In this document: in pieces, positions 15,036-26,262 of the stretch | Numbering within the stretch: position 1 is the first letter of the stretch | How the letters are laid out: the number at the start of each line of letters is the position of its first letter | NCBI RefSeq assembly: GCF_009914755.1 | Contig: NC_060926.1 | Strand: one strand, 5' to 3' | DNA from: the human T2T-CHM13v2.0 reference genome, Homo sapiens | DNA: 64,000 nucleotides | Translations under genes and position numbers: made by a program | The notes under the pieces: generated by a model | Databases searched by the model: none | What the model was told of the DNA's origin: nothing | The model's input: only the letters and a program-made list of their open reading frames with translations

Positions 15036-17099
15036 GTTGGAATTATGCCAGTCAGGTTTTGCTTGACAATTTGGGGCTATTTATTTGGCACTCTTGTTAC
15101 TGAGTCAGGAACTCAAGAAGTGAGGGTGACTCAGGGTACTTAAACTTAAATATTACCCCATTTCCTCAAACCACCACCACATATATTTGGCAAAATGATG
15201 TATCATCAATTTAGGAGTTCAAAAACGCTCAGAGAGAATAGTGTCCTGATTTGGAATGTCATCTTCTCTCTCTTCCGCCCTGCGGTCTTTGCCCAGCTGG
15301 GATACCAGAAGCAGCCTGAGTTCTATCCTCTGCCCTGCACAAAGGCTGGAGGACTTTTAGCAGGTTGCTTTCTTCTCCAGAAGTCCAGGCCCTAACCTAA
15401 TCCTTAGCAAGGGATCTGGTCCCTAACTCCTACATCCAGTGCATGGTGACAAAGGTAAATTCTCCTGTACAGCTTTGGAGAAGCCTCTCTAAAGATAGCT
15501 CTACCTGGGTCACACAGAAGAAACAGCACTGCATGGACCCCAGGGCTCTGCTTCAGCATTGGCTGGAAGATCGTTGGCTTCAACGTTATAGACAGCTAAG
15601 CACTCTAATCAATAAGGTTGAAAAGAAAAAAACAAGCGGTTTCTAATCCTACAAAAACTAAATGTTGATACCATGTAGAAGTCTCTGAGAACTCCACAAC
15701 CCTACTGTTGCTTCGCGATTCAGAATTCTTTCTTCCTCATGGGCCAGAAACTTCCTTGCAGAAGTTTCTGTTCTCTGCGGCTGTACTGTTCTTTATGTGC
15801 CAGGCAGAGATTCCTAATGAACCCTGTTGTTCCCTGAGCGTTTTGCTTCTCTCTTTTCTGGGGAGTTAAATTACAATTCACAGAAGAGCTTCTGGCCACT
15901 CCTCCTGCCCACAGAATCACAAAGGCCTGCAGGCCCGTGTAAGTGTGGCAGAGGGCTTGTGGGAGAGGTCCGTGGAAGGTGCATCTGTCCTTTTGCAGAC
16001 TCTACTGGTTGAGTCTGTAACACACGCTGTAACACACATGAGTGCTGTAAAACACGCTGCTGAATCTTATTTTTGCCATCGGCCTCAGTTTCCCTGGCCT
16101 CTGAGTGATTAAGTACACCTGATAGAAGGGATGAAAACCCTTTGGGGGTCCCTGCCTGGCCTATACCCGTCTCTCTTGGAATGTCCCCTCTGACCCCTGT
16201 GTGAACTCTGTGACAAGTCCTCAGCCCCAGCTTGGGACAAGAAGGCCAATCCCATTAGCTGAGCAGTGACCAGTCTCTCCCTCTCTTTCCAGAATCTGAG
16301 ACCCACCCAGACTAGGGTCAGTCCATGGTAGCTGCATGAACCTGTGTGGCTATGTCAAGTGGGCACCGTGTATGGGCTGAATTTTGGAGAACAGGTAAGT
16401 TGAGTAAGCAGAAACCGCAAATGTAGGAGGATGTCAGAGATAGGAGGAAGAAAGAGGGGGGAACAGGCAACATCAGAGGGCCACTGGAGGCCCAGCTGGG
16501 ACTGCCAGAGTGACCTGGCCTACCCAGGACTAAACCTTTGCCCGAACCTCTCTGGTCTACCTCCTCTAATTTTGCTTCAGTGGGATGGGCCTCAAGAGCT
16601 CAATGTGAATCCAGGGGCATTTGGGCATATCTAGAGGGAGTTTTTGTTGTTGCTGTTTTGTTTTTCCTTGAAGTTCTTGCCATTTTTTTCTCTTAAAAGA
16701 ATGAATGGGGGTGACGGGCTTTTATCCTAGAATAGACCTACGCTTAATAAAAAGTGTTTCTCAAAAAATATGAAGAATTTTCATACCCCCCAAAACCACT
16801 GAAAATTTTTTTTAAAGAATTTTTGGAGTGGAGCTGATGTCACCTATCTGGTGAGTTCTGAAGTCCTAACATACTAACCGCAGTTTGAGAAGCAAGGCTC
16901 TCATGCTCTCCAGCTCTCTGATGCTGCAGACATGAGGCAAGAATCTTAAAGGAACGCAGGGCCTTTCTTCTTCACACCTTGCTGTCCATTTTCTAAACTG
17001 AAAAGTGAGGTTCTGTGGGGCTCACAACCCTGCAGCGAAGACTCCGAGGCTGAACGTCAATAAAGCGTTTACTAAAGCGCCTTAAAAAATGGGCCGCGG

Positions 17100-17395
17100 G
17101 GCTGGGCGCGGTGGCTCACGCCTGTAATCCTAACACTTTGGGAGGCCGAGGAGGGCGGATCACGAGGTCAGGAGATCGAGACCATCCTGGCTAACACGAT
17201 GAAACCCCGTCTCTACTAAAAATACAAAAAATTAGCCGGGCGTGGTGGCGGGCGCCAGTAGTCCCAGCTACTCGGGAGGCCGAGGCAGGAGAATAGCGTG
17301 AACCTGAGAGGCGGAACTTGCGGTGAGCCGAGACCGCGCCACTGCACTCCAGCCTGGGCGACAGAGCGAGACTCCGTCTCAAAAAAAAAAAAAAA
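17100..17395 (+). mobile_element. AluY at the edge of the promoter
   Basis: Full dimer with many intact CpGs and an A tail; TSD aaaaa(t)gggccgcggg. Confidence 0.92.
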
Positions 17396-17589
17396 GGGCC
17401 GCGGGAGGGGCACAGGGCTTCCCCCTCGTGATGCTTCCGGGATCGCGCACCGCTGCTCACGCACTCTCCTCTGTCCTCTGTCCTCCGTCCCCCGCCCCCC
17501 GCCCCATCCCCAGGTCCTTCCCACTGCGAAGCTGAGAACCCTAGCTCCGGCCCCGACCGGAAGCCCCACCCCACCGTCAGGGACGCGGA

Positions 17590-17704
17590 CTCGGGAGTTC
17601 GCACATTCGCAGCCCGGGCAGCCCTGCTGCGCACCGGGCCTCGCGCCCCGCGCCCCGCGCCCCGCGCCCCGCGCCCCGCGCCCCGCGCCCCGCGCCCCGC
17701 ACCG
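17590..17704 (+). other. THNSL2: THNSL2 non-coding exon 1 (5' end approximate)
   Basis: Donor ccg|gtaacg at 17704/17705 within the CpG island; no ATG; next acceptor ctgcag| at 20386. Confidence 0.65.
17642..17700 (+). repeat. (CGCGCCC)8 heptamer tandem repeat plus partial unit
   Basis: Read directly from the sequence. Confidence 0.95.
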
Positions 17705-19664
17705 GTAACGCGCGCCAACCTCGCCGCCCTCCCGGGGTCGTCGCGGGCGAGATTTCTGAGCTCCGGACGCTCTCGCGGCTCCGTTCGGCCCTGATTCCCG
17801 CAGGCCCACGTCCGTCGCCCCGCCCGTTTCTGGAACCTTTGGTTCCGGCGCTCGGACTTGAGGAACTTGGGAGGGTGGTGCGGGGGGTTTCTGATGCTTT
17901 GCGTTTTCTGCGGGATTTGAGCAGTCCTTTGAGAACCCCGAAACTGAAGTCCGTGGTGTTTTCAGGGGCTGGGAGTGGAATCTCAGGCGCCTGCGAGTCC
18001 CTTGAGGATTTAGGCCGCCCTCCTTGGCGGGATGACTGGCACCGGTAGCCTCAGAGAGCCCGGGGTCTGCCTCCACCCCTAGGGGTGCCGTCGGCTCCTG
18101 GGGTCCGAGTCTCCGCCCTGTCCCACCCCTTCTCACAAAACCCCTCCACCTCCCTGAGGGGCGCCTGTCTACCCACCTTCTTGTTCCCAGCCTTCGGGCT
18201 ACTCCTATTTTCCGTATTTATTTATCCTGGTTATTGGTCAGAGTTTTTCTGACCTTCTCTACTCTGGAATAGGGTCCAGAGGAGTGGCAAGGGAAAATTA
18301 TTAGAATATAAAATCCCAGGGGACACGTAGTCCGGGTCTCCATCCCATGCTTGGAGCCCTCATAGAGCAGCCCAACAACAGCACTTGATTTTCTTCCTCA
18401 ACTTCACCACCTCCTGTGGTTGCTATTTCCGCCTCTGGCTTACATTGAACCCAACCATGTGTATTTCTCTTTAGCTTTGCTGAATTGGCCTGGGAATGCT
18501 GCCCCTGGAAGGCATTGGACAGAACAGGGACAGTCCTGTTGCGTGAGGGGCATGGGTATGTGCTCATCAGGCCAGCTCCTTCCATGACCTGCTCAGAGCC
18601 CCGTGCCAGCCCCTCTGTCCTCTGTTCCTGGACAGTTGTTCCATATCCTCCTTCCCAGTGCCCCAGGTGTGATATTCCTTCCACCCAGGGAAGGGCATTT
18701 GAAAAATATTTTCTTTCGCTGTACCTTACTGCCTTGCTCGCTCCTGCCCTCACTCCTGCGATGGTTTCTTTGGCAGCTCAGTCGTAGCGTTTAAGTCTGG
18801 TCCTATGAAGGCCTTTCTGTTACTCCACGGTCTTGGGCAGTTTGCGTTGGCTCTAACTCTTACCACAGAATTGCAGAAATTCCTCTCTTTATTGAGGGCA
18901 CCGCTAGCACCTGCCCCCCGACCCTGGTTCTGTTTTGTGAAATACTGCCTGCTTTGCTTATCCACTGCAGTTAACTTTTGGAGTTACCCATATTTCATCT
19001 CTTTGACATGGACTCCCATACGGAGTGACCTTGTATCCTAGGTTGCCAGAGAGAGAGTTCTGGCTTATACCATTGTCCCAGCATAATCACTTTCAAAAGA
19101 TTCATGGTTTGTATGATCAAGTTTGTCTCTGTCTCTAAGTGAGATACACTTAATATTTGTAGTTAAGAGAGTGGCACGTGGCAGCCCACGTGAGACTTGC
19201 ACGGGGGCCCACAGATGTCAGAGCCACAGACTAGGAAATGAGAATTCCTCCAGGTCAGTGCTCATATGCCTCATGTAGGTAGAGAGCTTTGGGTGGCTTT
19301 GCCCTTAGAGGGCAGGGGATCCCCTCCCACCCTGGCACAGAAAGTCCAAGCTAATACTGAGAGCTATGTCTAGTCAAATTCATCCCCATAGTTACTGTGG
19401 GGCGTCAAAGCCAGGGCCCCTAAATTCACTGTCATGATCCAGAAGAAGGTGTTCAGAGTTCAAGCCCAGCTCCTTGACATGGCATCTGGCTCCTGGGAAA
19501 GTAACTGATGTGGAAGTGTGACCAGTGTTAGGCCTAAGGGGTCCTGGGCTTCCCCAGGAACCAGAGAACTCAGTCCATGCAGGGCCAGTTAGTTTTAAAG
19601 ACTGCATATCAGCACTTATAACTGTCCTAGGATTAGGCTAAGAGGTAGAACACTGGTTATCCAC

Positions 19665-19777
19665 TAGGATGACCAACCATCTTAGTTTGCCTGGGATTGA
19701 GGGGTTTCCTAGGACATGGGACTTGCAGTTTTAAGACCAGAAAACTCCTGGGCGAACTGGGATGAGTTGGTCACCCT
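19665..19777. mobile_element. MER81-like hAT MITE (hairpin-forming)
   Basis: Terminal inverted repeats aggatgaccaac ... gttggtcaccct about 110 bp apart. Confidence 0.65.
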
Positions 19778-20398
19778 CTTCTCAACCCTGGCTGCACGTT
19801 AGACTCTCTTGAGGAGCCTCTCATTTAGAGTCTAATTTAATTGATTCAGGTAGTTGTATTTTTTTTAACACTCTGAGGTTGATTCCAACAAGCTACCACA
19901 GTTGAGAACTACTAGGCTGTAGACAGTGTTTCCAATAACCATTGAAGATGTTTGGTTTTTGAGCAGAAGTGGACCGAGACGTCCCTGAAAGGGGTGTATG
20001 ACTCTGTGTGTTGGTCTTTCGCCTTAGCAAGAGGGATATCAAGCTGGCAGTTGCCTACTATTGCTATTATCTGTCCCCACCGCCAGGCCTTCTTTCTCAT
20101 TGGTGAGGACCAAGCTTTCTCTTTTCCCGGCATGCTCCGATACCCTCTCCCTGAAGACAGGAGGTCAGTGGAATTGCCTCATTTTGATTGGTGGAATCAT
20201 GATTTACACAGTTGTAGATGAAGCTGGCATGAGACTTGATACAGGACTGCCATCTCTAGGTCTGGGACATGTGCCCCGGAGACTGGTGGTCTAGAGGCTA
20301 ACTGTGAGACTGTGTGTGCTTTGGCTTTGCCCGGTGGGGTGTGGGAGCTTGGAGACCAGGTGCTTCTGGGACTGTCCTCTCTGCAGGCCTCCAGGATC

Positions 20399-20621
20399 AT
20401 GTGGTATGTCAGCACCAGGGGCGTAGCCCCACGGGTCAACTTTGAGGGGGCCCTCTTCTCTGGCTATGCACCTGACGGGGGCCTCTTTATGCCTGAAGAG
20501 CTCCCACAGTTGGACAGAGAGACCCTGTGCCAGTGGAGCACACTCTCCTATCCTGGCCTGGTGAAGGAGCTGTGTGCCCTCTTCATTGGCTCTGAGCTCC
20601 TTCCAAAAGATGAATTAAATG
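20399..20621 (+). CDS. THNSL2: THNSL2 exon 2 coding part (aa 1-74; exon probably begins 20387)
   Basis: MWYVSTRGVAPRVNFEGALFSGYAPDGGLFMP, the threonine synthase N-terminal motif; donor G|gtgagt. Confidence 0.96.
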
Positions 20622-21887
20622 GTGAGTGCTCCCACCTGTACTTTCACTCTTCCGGCCCCTGCCAGCTCAGTCTACAGAATTGTAAATCCATCACCAAACC
20701 ACTAGGAAGTCTCTAGTCACATTTCTTCTCAAACTTTGTTTTATTTCTTTTCCTGACTCTAGAATCCCAGAATTGAAAATATTCTGAAAGATTTCGTCCT
20801 GTCTCCAGGGAGATGAATGTTGAAATTTTCTTCAGAGAATTCTTTCTTTCTCTCTCTTTCTTTCTTTTTCTTTAAAAAAAAAAAAAACAAAAACCTCTTC
20901 AACACTAGGGATTTTAGAATCATCTTGAGTGACTTGAATGTTGGGGTGTTTCCTTCCTTCACATAAAGCACCCAGACCCCCAAATTGCTATTTTATTTTT
21001 TGAATGTTAATTCCAGAAAGGACTTCAAGACTGTCCTGGACCAGCTTGTCTTAAGCTCTACTGTGCCTATGGATTCCCTGGGGGATCTTGTTAAAAACCA
21101 AATTCTGATTCAGTAGGTCTGGGGTAGGAATGAGAATTCTGCATTTCTGTCAGATGTCCAGATAATACTAGACTACTGGTCCATGAGCCACACTTTAAAC
21201 AGCAAGAACAAAATCCATAATGTAATGGTGGTGGTTTGGGGTTGGGGAAGAGAAAGGACCACTTAAAATGCAGTCTGATGACCAGCAGTGATGGCATTGC
21301 TTGGGCACTTGTTGGAAATCCGAGATTGCCTCAGACTGATTGAACCAGCCTGCATTTTAACAAGATCCCAGGTGCTTGGTTTGCCAGTGACAGTTTGAGA
21401 AGCTGTGCTCTAGGACTGCTCCAGTCCTGCCTTAGGGAGGGCTGTATATCAGCCATCCAAAGGCTCTGGCGTCACAGGTGTGAGATTTAGTAATGTAAGA
21501 AACAAAAAGCTTCCTATCTTTAGGAAGGAACATTAGATGGGATGCGACATTGATGTGTTATGTAGCTATTTAATTGACCCCTGATTGGAATACATGCTCA
21601 CGAGACAGTCAAACAATGAAGAAGTATAAAAAATGAAAAATAAAGTCTTCTAGTACCAATTCTGGTCACTGAGGAAATCACTATAAGGAATCTATGAACA
21701 GTTTGGTGCATGTTTTCCCAGACTTTTTTCTAGGTTTTTACAATTGTATTCAAAAATGGTATCATTTAAGATGAAGATTTTTGGCCTTTTAGTAGCAGGA
21801 GTTGGAAACTTTATATTCAGAGACTGAGAGGGAACTTGAGAAAGAGACCAGGCCCCTCATTGGCTATCCACCCCACTACCCTCACAG

Positions 21888-22082
21888 ATCTGATCGACCG
21901 AGCCTTCAGCAGATTCCGTCACAGAGAAGTGGTCCATCTGTCCAGGTTGAGGAATGGGCTGAACGTGTTGGAGCTGTGGCATGGCGTCACATATGCATTT
22001 AAGGACCTGTCCCTGTCCTGCACAACACAGTTCCTGCAGTACTTCCTGGAGAAGAGGGAGAAGCACGTCACTGTGGTTGTAG
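21888..22082 (+). CDS. THNSL2: THNSL2 exon 3 (contains PLP-binding Lys113, codon 22001-22003)
   Basis: cacag| acceptor; LELWHGVTYAFKDL motif; donor AG|gtgtgt; 195 nt, phase consistent. Confidence 0.96.
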
Positions 22083-22497
22083 GTGTGTTTTTGGGGCACG
22101 AACGCAGAATACCTGAGTGCTGTGACTGTAGGGTGTCCACCTATAGGATGCTGTTCATAGAGCCACTCAGGAACTGTGGTACTGGTTCTTCCAGAGCAAG
22201 GTTCCTAACATTTTCTGGTGCCATAGACCCCTTTGCCAGGCTGATGGAGGCTATGGAACTTTCTCAGAGTAATGTTTGAAGTGCACAAAATGCTTAAGAT
22301 GATGTGGTTCACAAGTTCACTTATGTCCTGAATTTTATCCGTGGATCCATGGACCCTAGGTGGAGTGCTAGGTTCATATCATCCAAGTATTTGAAGTAGA
22401 TGTTGCTATATTTGACAACAGTGCTTTGGGGACCATTTCTTTCCTCGTTCATTCCCTTTGTTCTAAAGGGGGAGAGTTCTCCTTTCTTCCCATCCAG

Positions 22498-22650
22498 GAA
22501 CATCTGGGGACACAGGAAGTGCTGCCATTGAGAGTGTTCAAGGGGCAAAGAACATGGACATTATCGTTCTGCTGCCCAAAGGTCACTGCACAAAGATTCA
22601 GGAGCTCCAGATGACAACGGTGCTGAAGCAGAACGTACATGTGTTTGGAG
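22498..22650 (+). CDS. THNSL2: THNSL2 exon 4
   Basis: tccag| acceptor; [10 protein letters not shown] motif; donor AG|gtgtgt; 153 nt. Confidence 0.95.
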
Positions 22651-23065
22651 GTGTGTGCTGAGGCAGAGGCTCTAGGGACAGTGCAGCCCTGCCTTAATTG
22701 GGTTTGCTTTGGGAGATGGACTGGAACAAAATTGCACAGTTGGGTAGCTGACTGTCCTCCTTTCATCATCATATTCGAGGTTGGTGTGTATGCCTTGGCT
22801 CAGCTCTGGGCAGGGTTCTGGCTACACAGTAAACTATTGGAGGTGACAGATGCATAAACTGATACCAACAGTACAACATGCTAAGTATGGATTGAAAACC
22901 ATACCCCAAAAAATGCCACCTCCATGCATGTACAACCTGCAAGTGTCATGTATGTCAGCAACCATGCAGAGTCATAACCTGAGCCAAGTGATTTGGGTTT
23001 TTTTCCAAGACTCTGAAGTTTAGAGGACACCAACATGTTAGATAATTATTTTAAGAGAATGTGTT

Positions 23066-23352
23066 GCCAGGTGTGGTGACTCATGCCTGTAATCCCAGCA
23101 CTTTGGGAGGTCAAGGTGGGTGGATCGCTTCAGCCCAGGAGTTTGAGACCAGCCTGGGCAACATGGCGAAACCCTGACTCTATAAAAAATACAAAAATTA
23201 GCCGGGCATGGTGATGTGCTTCTGTAGTCCCAGCTACTCCAAAGGCTGAGATGGGAGGATCGCTTAAGCCCAGAAGGCTGCAGTGAACCAAGATCATGCC
23301 ATCATTGCATTTCAGCCTGGGCAGCAGAGTGAGACCCTGTCTCAAAAAAAAA
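23066..23352 (+). mobile_element. AluJ-like (intron 4)
   Basis: Dimer with gcccaggagttt AluJ features and an A tail. Confidence 0.85.
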
Positions 23353-26031
23353 GGAATGTGTCATTATATGTTGACAGTTCCTGCTGTTCTTTACAGTATG
23401 GGAACAACTAAGCCATGCACTGGTTATCTGGTCTAAATATTTAAAATAGGGAACTACTCAGTGGTACCCACCATTGGTTATACTGCTACCTGAGTCACAT
23501 CATGAGAATCACAGCATTTTGTGCTTGGAGAAAGGCAAAAGCCATCTTTTTTAATATCAGGCCATCTATTCCTAATGGATTTAATCATTATAGGGATTGA
23601 GAGTGGAGAAAGATGGGGTGAGTGTGGGTGGAGCTGTACATTTTTATTTTTACCTCTCACACCCCACTGGACCCCAGGTAGCTGCAAGGTGGGGACTTGG
23701 ATTAAGTTTTGGCCTGGGCGAGCTGTGGCCTTGGGCAGGCTTTCCAGGAGGCCTGGCTTAGTTTGGTCACTCACCTGACAGAACAGCAAGTGTGATGGCA
23801 GAGAATGTTCCTTCTACAACTGGCCTGGCTTCCTGTGATAATCCTGTAGAGGTTATTTTTGTATAACATCAGCTTTGACAAGGAGCAAAAGCACAGTGAA
23901 AACAAACCTTATCCAAAGGAGCAGCATAAATACCCTCTGTCAGTTTGTTCAAGAGCAAGCGAACTGCCCCTCTGCTCTGTTCTTTAGCAGGTGCATACAC
24001 TTGCCAGTGAAAAGTCCGTGGTTTAGCTAATGCAGGTGTTGGTGTCATCTTACACATTTGCCTTGCTAATTGCTCATATTTGGCTGCATTTTCCTGCAGT
24101 TGTTGCAAGACTTTAGTGCACAAGATTCAGGCTCCTGAGGGTCCTTGTTGTACCCTAAGCACCAAAATTGCTAGTTACAGATCTAGGACTGTTTTTTCCT
24201 AGAATCAAAGCAGAGAATAGCGTTCTGTGCCTCTGTCCTGCCTCCTACTCCCTTGTCTTTTTTGTACACAGACCTAAGGGTGTGAGTGAAAGCTCCATTC
24301 CTGACTTGTGGATTGGAGAACAGTGCCCAGTTGTAAAGTAATGGCGGAAATGTGGAATCTGATGAATGCAATAAATCATTAAATGCTGGACCTGAAGGGG
24401 GTGTTTCTGTTGTGTACATGTTCAAGAAAATGAGAAACTAAGACAGCAGACTTCACAGAAATCAGTTTTGTTTATAAACGACACTATTCAGATCCTTTCT
24501 TTCCTTTCTAGAGCTTTCTGGTTTGGTTTTAAGGAGGATGTGTGTTAGTTCAGGATATAACAGCAAATATGTATTTTTCTGTAGACTGGTAAGCTTAGGG
24601 AGTAGGGATGGACCACTTAGATTATTGTATGTGGACAGCTGGTTTATAAAGTCATTAATTTCCATGTACATTGTATACTTGGTTCTTCTTAAGCACAGAA
24701 TAATCAGCAAGTGCTAGGTATTTATTGTTATTTGAGATGCTTTTGGCTAGAAGTAGCAAAAAATTCAACTCAGACCAGCTTCAACAAGAATATTTTCCAG
24801 CTTCCGTAACTGGAAGGCCAGGGGTGGAGTGGGCTTCCAGTTGTTTGATTCAGTGACTCACAATGCTCTCAGGAACCCAGGTCCTTCCCATTCTCTGCTC
24901 TGCCCTCCTCAGTCCTAAGGCTCATTCCTCTTGTGGTCATATGGTGATTGCTTGAGGTAACCAGGTCTCTCCCTTCCTGTTGCTCTTTTTTTTAAAGCAG
25001 TGAATCTTTTTTTAGAACCCAGCTAACATGTCCTTGTGGTTCACTGATCGGAATTTATTCACATGCTCATTGTGGAGCCAACCCTGACCCCATGAGAGTA
25101 CCAGGCACTGATTGGCTTGGTCCTGGCAAAGGAATGGAATCACCATGACTGGCCCCGGCCATTCTGGGTACACACATGGATCTAGAGTCAGTCCCCCAGC
25201 TCCATTGCTGCTACACAGTGTTGAAGGGCAGAATGGTTAGCACCCTTAATGCCTTCTCTGGCACGTTTCCCAGTAAATTTCACCCCTCTTCCTTCCAAGT
25301 GTAGATCCAATGGAGACATACTCGGGTATCAGATAAGAAATCAATATTGGCTTGGTTGCTCATTGAGCTAGACTGGAGGATATAACTTGTATTAGTGGAC
25401 AATTCACCATAAATTTATCTGGTAATTCACTCATAAATTACACTGATGTACACACCCAGCTTCAGGGAGGGGAAGTTCTGTCCATGGAAGCTTACCTGCC
25501 ATGTAGGAGCAGAGAGCAGAACACCTACTCTGTGATCTAAATGAGGGCAGAGGGCAGACCACAGGGGAATGGTGACTGTTTCCACCCTGGCCCCTGATAG
25601 AGGACTGTGGAGGAAAGGCTACGTCTCTCACCGTTTTCCAATCAGGCACACAGTTTCTCCTCTGCGGAAGAGTGGGGGAAGTGGGCATGGATTACAAAGA
25701 GAAATTCTCCCAGGATCCCAGAAGGTTGCCATTTGCTATCTTATTTTAGATAATGGTAGAAACATTGGAACTGGTTCTGGCTACCCTTTCTGTTCTAAGC
25801 TAGGGCAGATATTTAGGAACACAAGAATCTGAGGCATGATTTCTGTCCTTGAGGAGCTTAATACTGAGTCTAGATAGTGAGGCCAAGCTACGTGAAAGTA
25901 AAGAAACCTAGGCTGCGCGAAGGTCCCAGGAGGGTGGGCTCAGCCTGGGAGGGCCCTGTCGCAGGTGAGTGCTGACCTCCTGGGGGTTCTACATGCTCCT
26001 GACAGCTGCCCTCTTCTCTCCCCCCTGGCAG

Positions 26032-26262
26032 TGGAGGGAAACAGCGATGAGCTCGATGAGCCGATCAAGACTGTGTTTGCCGATGTGGCTTTTGTCAAGA
26101 AGCACAATCTGATGAGCCTGAATTCGATCAACTGGTCCCGGGTCCTGGTGCAGATGGCCCATCACTTCTTTGCTTACTTCCAGTGTACGCCATCCTTGGA
26201 CACACATCCCCTACCCCTGGTGGAGGTGGTTGTGCCAACAGGGGCTGCCGGTAACCTTGCAG
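26032..26262 (+). CDS. THNSL2: THNSL2 exon 5
   Basis: ggcag| acceptor; NSINWSR and VPTGAAGN motifs; donor AG|gtaagg; 231 nt. Confidence 0.96.

Larger units (their letters stand above)
17396..18200 (+). promoter_or_regulatory. CpG island / THNSL2 promoter
   Basis: Very high GC and CpG density, GC boxes (cccgcccc), ETS-like ccggaag, no TATA box; lies 2.7 kb upstream of the coding start. Confidence 0.88.

Noticed and set aside
17191-18136. 175-aa and 306-aa antisense ORFs across the promoter
   Set aside because: Expected stop depletion in a CpG island; they run through the heptamer repeat and an Alu; no recognisable domain
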